Of a DNA stretch of 20,000 nucleotides, positions 11,004 to 20,000 are shown piece by piece. Within the stretch, counting starts at the first letter, position 1. Each line of letters begins with the position of its first letter. The position numbers and the translations under genes are program-made. The notes beneath the pieces are model-generated. The model saw only the letters and a program-made list of their open reading frames with translations, was not told where the DNA came from and did not search any database. This DNA comes from Chiloscyllium plagiosum. Taxonomy: Eukaryota. The stretch lies in contig NC_057719.1 in assembly GCF_004010195.1 (NCBI RefSeq), positions 23,354,268 through 23,374,267 of the forward strand, given 5' to 3'.

Positions 11004-12067
11004 GTTCTTGGGCCTTTGCTCTTTGTAGCTTTTATAAATGATTTGAATGAGGAGGTTGAGGGACAGATTAGTAAATTTGCTGGTGACACAAAGATTGGAG
11101 GTGTCATCGATAGTATCGAGGGCTATTGCAGGCTGCAGTGCGACATGGATAGGATGCAGAGCTGGGCTGAGAAATGGCAGATGGATTTCAACCTGGATAA
11201 ATGCAAAGTGATGCATTTTGGAAGGTCAAATTTGAATGCTGAACATAGAGACAGGATTCTTGGCAGTGTGAAGGATCAGAGGGAACTTGGTGTTCAAGTG
11301 CACAGATCCCACAAAGTTGCCACCCAAGTGGATAGGGTTGTTAAGAAAGCATATGATGTTTTGGCTTTCATTAACTGGGGGATTGAGTTCAAGAACTGTG
11401 AGGTTTTGCTGCAGCTCTGTAAGACCCTGATGAGACCACACTTGGAATATTGTGTCCAGTTCTGGTCACCCTATTATAGGAAAGATACAGAGGCTATGGA
11501 GAGGTTGCAAAGGTTTACTAGGATGCTGCCTGATCTGGAGGGCATGTCTTATGAAGAGAGGTTTACTAAGCTTGGACTTTTCTCGCTGGAGAGAAGGAGG
11601 AAGAGAGGAGACCTGATCGAGGTATACAAGGTAATGAGAGGCATGGATAGAGTCAATAGCCAGAGACTTTTCCCCAGGGCAGGATTGACTGGCATGAGGG
11701 GTCATAGTTTTAAGATATTAGGAGGAAGGTATAGAGGAGATGACAGAGGTAGGTTCTTTACACAGAGAGTTGTGATGTATGGAATGCGTTGCCAGTAGTG
11801 GTGGTGGAAACAGAGTCATTGGGGACATTTAAGCAACTGCTGGACACGGACAGCAGTGAATTGAGGGGTGCGTAGGTTAGGTTATTTTACTTTAGATTAG
11901 GAATAATCCTTGGCACAACACTGTGGGCAAAAGGGCCTTTTCTGTGCTGTACTTTTCTATGTTATATGTTCTAAACTCCCATACACATTATAATTACAGA
12001 GGAACCTCGATTAACCAAAGGACATGGGTAGGGAGTATTTTGTTCGGTTAATCGAATTTTTGTTTTT

Positions 12068-12346
12068 AAGATTCCCTACAGGGTGGGGGACAGGCCCTTC
12101 AGCCCAACCAGTCCACACTGACCCTCTGAAGAGTAACCCACCCAGACCCATCTCCCTCTGACTAATGCACTTAACACTATGGGCATTTTAGCATGGCCAA
12201 TTGACCTGACCTGCACATCTTGGATTGTGGGAGGAAACCAGAGCACCCGAAGGAAACCCACGCAGACAGTCAGCCAAGGCTGAAATCAAACCTGGGACCC
12301 TGGTACTGTGAGGCTGCAGTGCCAACCACTGAGCCACCGTGCCGCC
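12068..12346 (-). mobile_element. HE1 V-SINE
   Basis: Minus strand starts GGCGGCACGGTGGCTCAGTGGTTGGCACTGCAGCCTCACAG (A box), B-box-like GGTTTGATTTC, V-core and CR1-type tail ending GTAGGGAATC. Confidence 0.93.
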
Positions 12347-12459
12347 TGTAGGACCTGCGACCACATTTGTCTCGATCTAACTGTACTCAATATTTCTACT
12401 CAGGGTGGAACAGACAACTTGAGATAAAGACTTCAAGGGAACTGTTCCTTAAAATCCTT

Positions 12460-12590
12460 AATTCTCTGAGGGTAGTGAATCCATGATTTTTTTTTCCCCA
12501 CAAACGACTACAGAGATTGGGATATTAAGAATATTGAAAGCTGAAATGGACAGTTTTCTAATTAATATGTGAATCAAGAGCAATGGGAAT
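12460..12590 (+). mobile_element. Small CR1 3' fragment
   Basis: TCTCTGAGGGTAGTGAATC…AATATTGAAAGCTGAAATGGACAGTTTTCT…GAATCAAG resembles the CR1 ORF2 C-terminus. Confidence 0.6.
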
Positions 12591-12739
12591 TTTAGCCGAG
12601 CATCAGGACCTTGCGATCTTTCTGGATAATCTGATATTTGGATTATTGAATGCCAGATAATCGAGGTTCCTCTGTATATAATTATCCCAGTGGTTCAAAC
12701 TGTTGCATGCAGTATTCATAAAGTTGCCACATTGGATTG

Positions 12740-13052
12740 TACAACAAGATGTTGCTTCACAAGGGTAGTAACAGACAACATTTAACAAGAAGCCACATAG
12801 GAGATATTAAGACTAGTGACCAAAAACCTGGTCACTTGTAAGAACTAACTTAAGCAGAAGAATATATAGAGAAGTAATTTCAGAGTTTTGGGTCCATGGA
12901 GGTGAAGGCATGACGACCAATAGTGGAGTAATTGAAATCCGGGATAGACAAGAGGCTAGAATTTGGGAAGCATAGATATCATGCAAGTAGGTCAGACTGG
13001 GGGCAGGGAGTAACAATGTCATGGTTTGATTGTAAATCAAGAGAATTTTCAC
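12740..13052 (-). mobile_element. L2 LINE 3' fragment
   Basis: Plus strand AGCCACATAGGAGATATTA…GTGACCAAAA…TTTCAGAG…TGAAGGCATGACGACCAAT…GAGAATTTT matches the reverse complement of shark L2 3' ends. Confidence 0.7.
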
Positions 13053-13739
13053 AAAAAAAACAATAGGTGTATCTCCTTTCAGTGAAATATCTTACCTAAC
13101 CTAATATCCTAAATATGAAACACAACGCACATTAAACCATTTTATAATTATAATGATGATTTGGATGTAAATGCCAAGATTTATCTATTTGTTATTCTTT
13201 TACTTCGGTTGTATTCATAAGATACAACATTTGCAGTGATGATGACTTAAATGACAAATGTTATTGGAGATGCATTAATGAATCTTATAATGCAAAACCA
13301 TACACTGATCATTTGTCACAAAACAACTTGGTGTTAATGTAATCAGGGTTACATATTATTGCCCATTTTAAATGCATTGAAATCAAATTTGACATTTAGA
13401 TCTGTAAAAGGAACATTAATGGGCTCATTATTTTTTTGTAGATTAAATGAAATACAGCATTAGCACTGTCCAGTGCCGGTTTATTAATAATCTTAACTAC
13501 CCCTGCTATGATTAGTCAGCTTAGCCCCTTTCTAATATATAGTCATACACAAGAAGCATAGCGAATAAAATAGAAAATGTTTGACATGAGGACCATGTTA
13601 ATTCAAAGCTTCATTAGTTTAGATTTTCTTCTTTTGTCACATTTGAATAGCTAGAGGCTAACTGTGGACAAATTTGAAAAGAATTGTGTTGCTGCAGTCA
13701 ATCTTCTGAGGTCAGGTAGATATATACTAACATGCAAAT

Positions 13740-13986
13740 TAGGTACAGAAATAGACCAGTCAGCCCCTGGAGCCTCCTCCTCCATTCAATAAGAGTCTGG
13801 CTAATCTGATTATTCCTGATGAAAGGCTTATGCCTGAAACATTGAGTCTCCTGCTCCTCGGATGCTGCCTGACCTGCTGTGCTTTTCCAGCACCATACTC
13901 TCGACTCTGATCTGATTATTTCACAGTCCTGGCTAGCTCTGATAACCTTCTGTCCCCTTGCTTATCAAGAATCTAACTTCCCTGCC
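13740..13986 (-). mobile_element. CR1 3' tail fragment (interrupted by the HHR element)
   Basis: CAGCCCCTGGAGCCTCCTCCTCCATTCAATAAGAGTCTGGCTAATCTG…CCCCTTGCTTATCAAGAATCTA is the reverse CR1 tail. Confidence 0.75.
13815..13909 (+). mobile_element. 95-bp PLE-derived hammerhead element
   Basis: Perfect 11-bp TSD ATCTGATTATT (13804-13814 / 13910-13920); begins CCTGATGA-A-AGGC-TTAT-GCCT-GAAA-CATT; remainder homologous to 9050-9100. Confidence 0.85.
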
Positions 13987-14109
13987 ATATGCAGATCAGA
14001 TCGGACAATTATTTCACACAGCTGGAAATCTGCCATTGAAAGTGCCATATGGTAATTACGATATGCTCATGGTAAAAATGCATTCTTTGTGTGATCATCC
14101 CCTACCTGT

Positions 14110-14352
14110 ATCCATATCCCTGCGCATTGTTTCAATATAAGTAATCACTCAAAGCTCTCTGGAAAGCTTCAATTGAACCTGCCTCCACCATACTACACCA
14201 TAAGCATTCCATTCCCTAACCACTTGCTCTGTGCAATAGGTTTGCTCAGTTTACATTTGCTCTTTTTGCAAAATGCTTCAAACTGTGTTGTCTGAATTTT
14301 CATTCACTTACGAATGGGAACAGTTTCTCTGATTCCCCTCTGTCCAGACTCC
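14110..14352 (-). mobile_element. Old CR1 3' fragment
   Basis: ATTGAACCTGCCTCCACCA…GCATTCCA…CTAACCACTTGCT…AATGGGAACAGTTTCTCT…CTGTCCAGAC is the reverse CR1 ORF2 C-terminus. Confidence 0.7.
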
Positions 14353-14799
14353 AACATCTTCCCAAAGTGTAACTAGAATCACAAGTCTTTCACCATATAC
14401 CAGGAAGTACTCCACAATTGTGAACTGCCACTAGTGCTCAAAATCTGTTTTCATGGCTAACCTACTGGGCCTTCATTTGACCAACCCTCAACATTATACT
14501 AAAGAATGGTGAAATATTTTGGACCTCTTTTTTGCCTATGTTGTATTTCTTTGAGGTGGTTGTGGCTTGCTCGACACAGTCACTTGTCTACAGCATGCCA
14601 ATGTAAACAATCATAAAAGATTCTGTATTTTGGTCTATTTGCACCATGTGCCAATGAAAGCTTTTACCTAATGTCATTGAGCTGGTTATTCCATTATTAT
14701 CTATTCATTAACTCCATGTCCCTTGAACTGTTATTTCTGGACCAGTTGTTTCTTGACTTTTAACTAATTCCACTATTTGAAGAAAGTTACAAGAAACAT

Positions 14800-15320
14800 C
14801 CCAGATTCAGGTTTAATGGCTGAAGTATTCAAATTCACCCTTTAAATGCCTAAGTTGGATAACGATCCGGTGGATGGCTCCTTTATCTCTTTTAAAAGGT
14901 TAGTGCAGCAGTTGAAGTGGCCAATCCAGCAATGGACTTACAATAGAGTAGTTTAACAGGAAAGTTCATGAAATTTCCTCCCTCTTGCCTAAGGAGAGTG
15001 CAACCAGCTATAAGGCAATAAATAAGACAATTTTCAACATGTGTCATTCAGTGCCAGAGGCAAGCTAGTAAAAATTCTGTATCCTTGGGGAATAGTCTGG
15101 TTGGGCATATCTGGAATTTGAACAGTTTAAGCAGTTTGCTTTTGACTGCTATGTATGGCTGCTTAAAATGGAGGGCATCTACAAGAGCCTTTTGTGAAGT
15201 AGCTCTCTGCAGAATTCAGTGACTCCATAAACTTGCTAAACTGTGTTCTGATAAATCAAGAAAAAGTTGTGAGCCCAAAAAGAAGGCATTACAGCCGATA
15301 AACTTGAATTGATGGATTGG
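14800..15320 (+). pseudogene. gag: Second decayed Gypsy gag (same type as 1-820)
   Basis: MPKLDNDPVDGSFISFKRLVQQLKWPIQQW (from 14846), SVPEAS**KF, YLEFEQFKQFAFDCYVWLLKMEGIY; the FKRL-QQL motif is shared with the copy at 1-820. Confidence 0.8.
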
Positions 15321-15616
15321 CATGTAAGCCCAGGTCTGGGAGGTCTAAAAAGGTTTACAGACCAGGAATATCACGGTGAATAGTGCGGAGACAAGCAGGA
15401 AAGACTGCAGCATTACAGTGCCACTGTCTCCTCAGGTATGACTGTTGGTCAGGATAGCTGTCAGAAGCCTATGCTCAATGGAATTATGGCCATTCTGTTT
15501 TAAATAGCAGAGAGAAAAAAATAGCATTCTCTGAGATACTGACAATGGTCACAAACCTTGTTCATTTGAGAACAGAAGGGCTTTCTGATGGAAGCAAGTA
15601 AAATTCTAATGTACAA

Positions 15617-16400
15617 TGTGATGACCATGTAAGACATGATATTCCTGCTCCTCTCTTTGCAGCCTCCTTACTTGCTGCAAGATTATTTTTTATACTTTCT
15701 GCCTCTTTTTAGCCAACAAATTCCCTGCAGACATTTTATATTCTGATTAAGACCTTCATACAAATGATCATACCGTTGGAGATGGAACCTCAACTCTGAT
15801 TAACAACCTAAAACTTGCATTTCAAGAAGCTGTTTCGAGCAGAGATTCCATATGAAACTTAGAATGTAGCATCAAACAGAGGTTGGGAACTATTTTTCTC
15901 TGTGTCTCATGAAGAAAAAGTACCCAGTGACAACACTAAATAAAAAGAAATATCAGAATACTGAGAACTCAAGAATAATTTTAATATTCACAACTAGTGA
16001 TGGCTTAAGACACCAACAAAACAATTGTGGTCTTAAAACTGTGTCCTCTGGATTTCACTCCATTTACTAGTGTGAATGGTATCAGTTAAACCTGATATTT
16101 CAAGAGCTGTCTAAGGACTTCAAACTGTATATTTCTTGGCCACCATTAACACTGGCCATGTTCCACTTTTTCAGAGTGTGTGTGTATGCATGCATGTGTA
16201 CAAATGTGAGAGCTCACGGGGCTATGTGTCTGATTATTTTTCTCAGGTTTAGCAGATAATAAAATTGTTCTTTCCTTCCATAATGAAAGACTTGTAATTG
16301 GTTTCTTATTGTTTCCAGTGAAAGTAGTTAATTACATTGTAATTGGGTTGGCGAAGGTTAAATACCTTGTTTGTGTCAAACAGCCAAAGAGACTAACGTT
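15617..16400 (+). mobile_element. Probable 3' LTR of the second Gypsy element
   Basis: Starts TGTGATGACCATGT; TG-rich stretch ~16175-16200; AATAAA at ~16258 followed by GAAAGACTTG…TTTCTT, similar to the corresponding part of LTR 951-1944. 3' boundary uncertain. Confidence 0.5.
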
Positions 16401-16829
16401 TGACACAGTCTGCCAGGTTTTGGGATGTACAGCCCACATACACACTATCACTGCATGAATTCATATATCACATCACTCTTTTGTGTGAAGTATTTTCAGC
16501 TTGATGGCAGAATTCTCTTTGTGTCATACAGAATGTGGCATTGCACCAGCACAAAATAGCTACCTTCAGTTGCTCAAACTTTTCAGATTCTTTACCAGAG
16601 TAACTTGAGGCAAACCGGGTACTTTTCAGGTCCATGAATGACCTCCTTAGGACCTTTCAGATCTGTGCGATAAACAGTACAATATAAAGATAGCCATTAT
16701 CCTGCAGGATGACTTGGATGCATGCTACTTCAGCATTAGGTTTGCACATTGAACAAATGACTCTGGACCTACTGATGAGCTTAAAGTTCCTGCCCGTTTC
16801 AACTCAATAAAATAAATGGCAGCCATTTG

Positions 16830-17245
16830 CTAGTCCAATTCTCAGGGCAATGCCCTGACTTATCAGTCAACCTATATGATTTACAACATGAATAAACCTG
16901 GCAGTTAACTGTTAAACAGAAGTAATGGCTGCATTCTCGTGGCAACACCTCAAGCAATCATAGTTTGTGTACTAGTGATGAAGGGCTTTTGCCCGAAACG
17001 TTGATTTTCCTGCTCCTCGGATGCTGCCTGACCTGCTGTGCTTTTCCAGCATCACTCTGATCTAAACTCTGGTTCCCAGCGTCTGCAGTCTTCACTTTTG
17101 CATAGATCATGTACTAACCAATCAACTCTCTCTTACACAATTTAAATGTTAGTTTTCCCTTTGACTTGGTGATCTTGCAAATTATCCTGCTGTAGTGCAA
17201 GATGAACAGCCTAAAGAAAGTATATTTTTCAGCAATACTCAAACT
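16830..17245 (+). mobile_element. Old LTR-like/PLE-like repeat with CCAAT-like boxes and a heavily decayed hammerhead-like motif
   Basis: CAGGGCAATGCCCTG hairpin, AACCAATCA, TTTAAAT, CCTGCTGTAGTGCAAGATGAACAGC, TTTTCAGCAATACTCAA; resembles a recalled shark repeat. Confidence 0.4.
16976..17100 (+). mobile_element. 125-bp PLE-derived hammerhead element
   Basis: TGATGA-A-GGGC-TTTT-GCCC-GAAA-C-GTT; body homologous to the 8953 and 13815 copies; degenerate 17-bp TSD 16959-16975 / 17101-17117 (13/17). Confidence 0.85.
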
Positions 17246-17317
17246 AATTTATTCTTGTTAGCTTACATTCTCCTACCCTAACCATCAACTTTCAATGCAA
17301 CAATTGGAATTTATGGA

Positions 17318-17490
17318 ACAAAAACAGAAATTGCTGGAGAAACTGAACAGATCTGGCACTAGCTGTGGGAGAAAGCAGAGTCAATGTTTTGAGTCTAGTG
17401 ACGCTGATTTAGAACTGTTCTGACCTGCTGAGTTTCTCCAGCAATTTCTGTTCTGGCTTTCAATTTCCAGCACCCGAGCTTCCCTTGGTT
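17318..17490. mobile_element. Second-family PLE fold-back element
   Basis: Perfect 22-bp inverted repeat 17323-17344 / 17431-17452; pivot GAAC-T-GTTCTGA near 17412-17423; homologous to 6916-6992. Confidence 0.75.
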
Positions 17491-17979
17491 TTTCTGTCGA
17501 ACAGGGCCTGCAGTGCATCATGCTCTGTTTTATAAGAACTGGCAACACTAGGATTTTTGACCTTGAGCATGGTTAAAAGGAGGGTGACTTTCTACTATCA
17601 TGCATGATTATATATAGTTGTGTGATGATTGCCTTGTTTTTGTAATATATTCTCATGCTTTGTAAACATTTATAGCACAATTGGCCAAGAGGTAAAACAG
17701 TCATTCTGTGCTTCTGATGATGATGATGATAACAATAAAGTGACTCTTCTCCGGCAGATATCATAATGTATTTTATTGCATCAGGTGGAAATATTTAACA
17801 AATAAACAGTGCTTCCTTCTAATGCCAAATGTGCTTACATTCAAGATTCGTGGAAGCTTAGAGATCTCCTTAGGCAAACTTTTCAAACCATATTGTCGAA
17901 TAGTTTGTTGTTCCCCCATGAGCTAATTATTTTCCTCTTTCAATATTCATACAGAATATAGAGTGCCTGAGCTAAAATA

Positions 17980-18409
17980 TAGAGTCCAGAGACAGTATAT
18001 TCCTGTTAGGGTGAAAGGAAGGCCTGGTAGGTGTAGGGAATGCTGGATGACTAGAAAAATTGAGGGTCTGGTTAAGAAAAATAAGAAAGAATATGTCCAG
18101 GTATAGACAGGAGAGTTCAAGTGAATCCTTAGAAGAGTATAAATGCAGTAAGAGTATACTTAAGAGTGAAATCAGGAGGGCAAAAAGGAGACAAGAGATA
18201 GCTTTGGCAAATAGGGTTAAGGAGAATCCAAAGAGCTTTCGCAAATACATTAAAGACAAAAGGATAACTAGAGAGCGAATAGGGTCCCTCAAAGATCAGC
18301 AAGGCAGCCTTTGTGTGGAGCTGCAGGAGATGGGGGAGATACTAAACAATATTTTGCATCAGTGTTTACTGTGGAGAAGGATATGGAAGATTCAGAATGT
18401 ACGGAAATA
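17980..18409 (+). mobile_element. CR1 ORF2 fragment (linker between APE and RT)
   Basis: RVQRQYIPVRVKG, EIRRAKRRQEIALANRVKENPKSFRKYIKDKR, YFASVFTVEKD; ends at the TA of a MITE insertion. Confidence 0.92.
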
Positions 18410-18997
18410 CAGAGAAACCTCAATTATCTGAATATCAAATTATCTGAAGGGGATCTCAAGGTCCCGCTGGAAACATTACATCAAAAAGCTGTTTCAACCC
18501 TGATCACGTGTTTTGTTTACAGGTACAATGATTACAAATGTACTCAGCTCACTGAAATGCTGCCGAAAACAGTCCTGGACAGTCCAGGCACCATCTCAAA
18601 ATGAGTGACCTCCCGCCCTCTCTTCCCACACTTTCCCTGGAGTTCTACACAGAGGTGTACCTTAAACCCCCTTCCCTAGATAATCTCTCCAGCATTGTCC
18701 TATACAGAGCAGAGGTGGAACCTATCAAAACGGTGTGTATGTGTGTGTGTGTGTGTGTGTATGTGCTGTGGGGATGGGGGGCAGTGGGGGGGAATGGACG
18801 GAGGAGGCGGGGTTAGGAACAGACGGAGGTGGGGGTGGGAGCAGATGGGGCTGGGGGCGGGGATTGGAGTGGGCAGGGGGTGGGGCCTCCCACGCAGTGT
18901 GCTGCTGCCTAGTCCCTGAACAGGGAGCAGACTTCACAGAAAACTCCAAGCCCCAGAGGAAATTAATTAACAGAATAATCAATTATCCGAACGAAAA
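18410..18997. mobile_element. Tigger-like non-autonomous element related to 11997-12674, right end cut by CR1
   Basis: TA then CAGAGAAACCTCAATTATCTG…TCAAGGTCC, matching the reverse complement of 12600-12674; right sub-terminal AATTATCCGAACGAAA matches the reverse complement of ~12040-12055, but the terminal TIR is absent. Confidence 0.8.
18733..18764 (+). repeat. (TG)n microsatellite followed by a G-rich tract to ~18885
   Basis: gtgtgtatgtgtgtgtgtgtgtgtgtgtatgtg, then many GGG-GGGGGG runs. Confidence 0.9.
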
Positions 18998-19005
18998 CCG
19001 TGTTA

Positions 19006-20000
19006 TCCTTGAAAACCGTGTTAGGGAATTGGAGCTGGAGCTGGATGAACTACGGATCATTCGGGAGGCTGAGGAAGTAATTGAGAGGAGTTACCGGGAG
19101 TTGGTCACTCCTAAGGCTCAGGACAAGGATAAATGGGTTACAGTTAGGGGGAGGAAAGGGGACAGTCAGACAGTGCAGAGATCCCCTGTGGACATTCCCC
19201 TCAGCAATAAGTATACCATTTTGGATACTGCTGGGGGGATGACCTACCAGAGGAAAACCATAGCAGTCAGTTCTCTGGCACTGAGCCTGACACTGTGGCA
19301 AAGAAGGGAAGGGGGCAGAATAGAAAAGTACTCGTGGTAGGGGACTCGATAGTTAGGGGAATCGACAGGAGATTTTGTGGTCAGGATCAGGATTCCCGGA
19401 AGGTATATTGCCTCCCTGGTGCCAGGGTCCAGGACATCTCCGATCGGGTGTATAAGTTCTAAAAGGGGAGGGCGAACAGCCAGAAATCGTGTTACATATT
19501 GGCACTAATGATATAGCCAGGAAAAGGATCGAGGATATAAAAAGTGATTTCAGGGAGTTAGGATGGAAGCTGCAAAGCAGAACGAACAGAGTAGTGTTCT
19601 CTAATTTACTACCAGTGCCACGAGATAGCGAGGCGAGGAACAGGGAGAGGGCGCAGCTAAAAAGTGGCTGCGCAGCTGGTGTACGAGGGAGGGCTTCAGA
19701 TATGTAGATAATTGGGATGCCTTCTGGGGAAGGTGGGACCTGTACAAAAAGGACGGGTTGCATCTGAACTGGAAGGGGACCAATGTCCTGGGTGGAAGTT
19801 TTGCACGAGTAGTTCGAGAGGGTTTAAACTAGTATGGCAGGGGGGTGGGAACCTGAGCTGTATACCAGAGATGAGAGTGATGCAGATGAGGCAGTAGCAA
19901 GAGGTAGACCAGCTAGTGGGAAGGATTTTCCTGGAAAGGAGCTAAGGGATCAGTTAAAGTGTGCTTTAACGCAAGGAGTATCAGGAATAAAAGTGACGAA
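19006..20000 (+). mobile_element. CR1 LINE: 5'-truncated ORF1 (coiled coil + SGNH/GDSL esterase) and start of ORF2, running off the right edge
   Basis: LENRVRELELELDELRIIRE, PLSNKY, VVGDSIVR, CLPGARV, HIGTND, DGLHLN…GLN* (TAG 19830-19832); ORF2 start FNARSIRNKSDE; several frameshifts. Confidence 0.96.

Larger units (their letters stand above)
8821..11973 (+). mobile_element. 5'-truncated CR1 LINE (ORF1 end, disrupted ORF2 with APE + RT, 3' tail)
   Basis: ORF1 end GLN* near 8832-8844; APE motifs DVVAITEAW, MGDFNFPNID, SDHN; RT motifs DLSKAFDKVPH, GVPHGSVLGPLLF, FAGDTK (catalytic D mutated); tail CTATGTTATATGTTCTA. Many stops and frameshifts. Confidence 0.97.
11997..12674. mobile_element. Tigger-like MITE with nested/foreign interior
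   Basis: Perfect 17-bp TIR CAGAGGAACCTCGATTA / TAATCGAGGTTCCTCTG; TA at 11995-11996 and 12675-12676. Confidence 0.85.

Noticed and set aside
10761..11798. 345-aa RT ORF as a functional or domesticated gene
   Set aside because: Catalytic FADD is mutated to FAGD, upstream ORF2 has many stops and frameshifts, and there is an internal deletion and duplication; an ordinary dead CR1.
12290..12346. tRNA gene
   Set aside because: It is the tRNA-derived head of an HE1 SINE, continuous with the SINE body.
16772..16800. CTGATGAG motif as a hammerhead
   Set aside because: No stem II closed by GAAA downstream.
18735..19340. 201-aa ORF as a novel protein
   Set aside because: Chance read-through from microsatellite/MITE sequence into CR1 ORF1.

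Overview
Repeat-dense eukaryotic genomic DNA, most likely from a shark (inferred from HE1-type V-SINEs, SacSINE1-like DeuSINE and HER1/CR1-type LINEs). No recognisable intact host gene. It contains two decayed Gypsy LTR retrotransposons with SCAN-like gag (one with a tRNA-Pro PBS), many CR1 LINE pieces (one 3.1 kb; one with an SGNH-esterase ORF1 running off the right edge), L2 fragments, three Tigger-like TA-flanked MITEs and a solo LTR. The most interesting signal is a set of short (95-200 bp) Penelope-type elements carrying minimal hammerhead ribozyme motifs. Four are flanked by 11-17 bp target-site duplications, several have inverted arms, and their breakpoints repeatedly fall at the 5' edge of the ribozyme; one copy (9017-9052) has an intact core. 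Weaker candidates are an unidentified minus-strand exon (3923-4202) and an enhancer-like AT-rich block (13140-13720). Family assignments come from recalled consensus motifs, not database searches.
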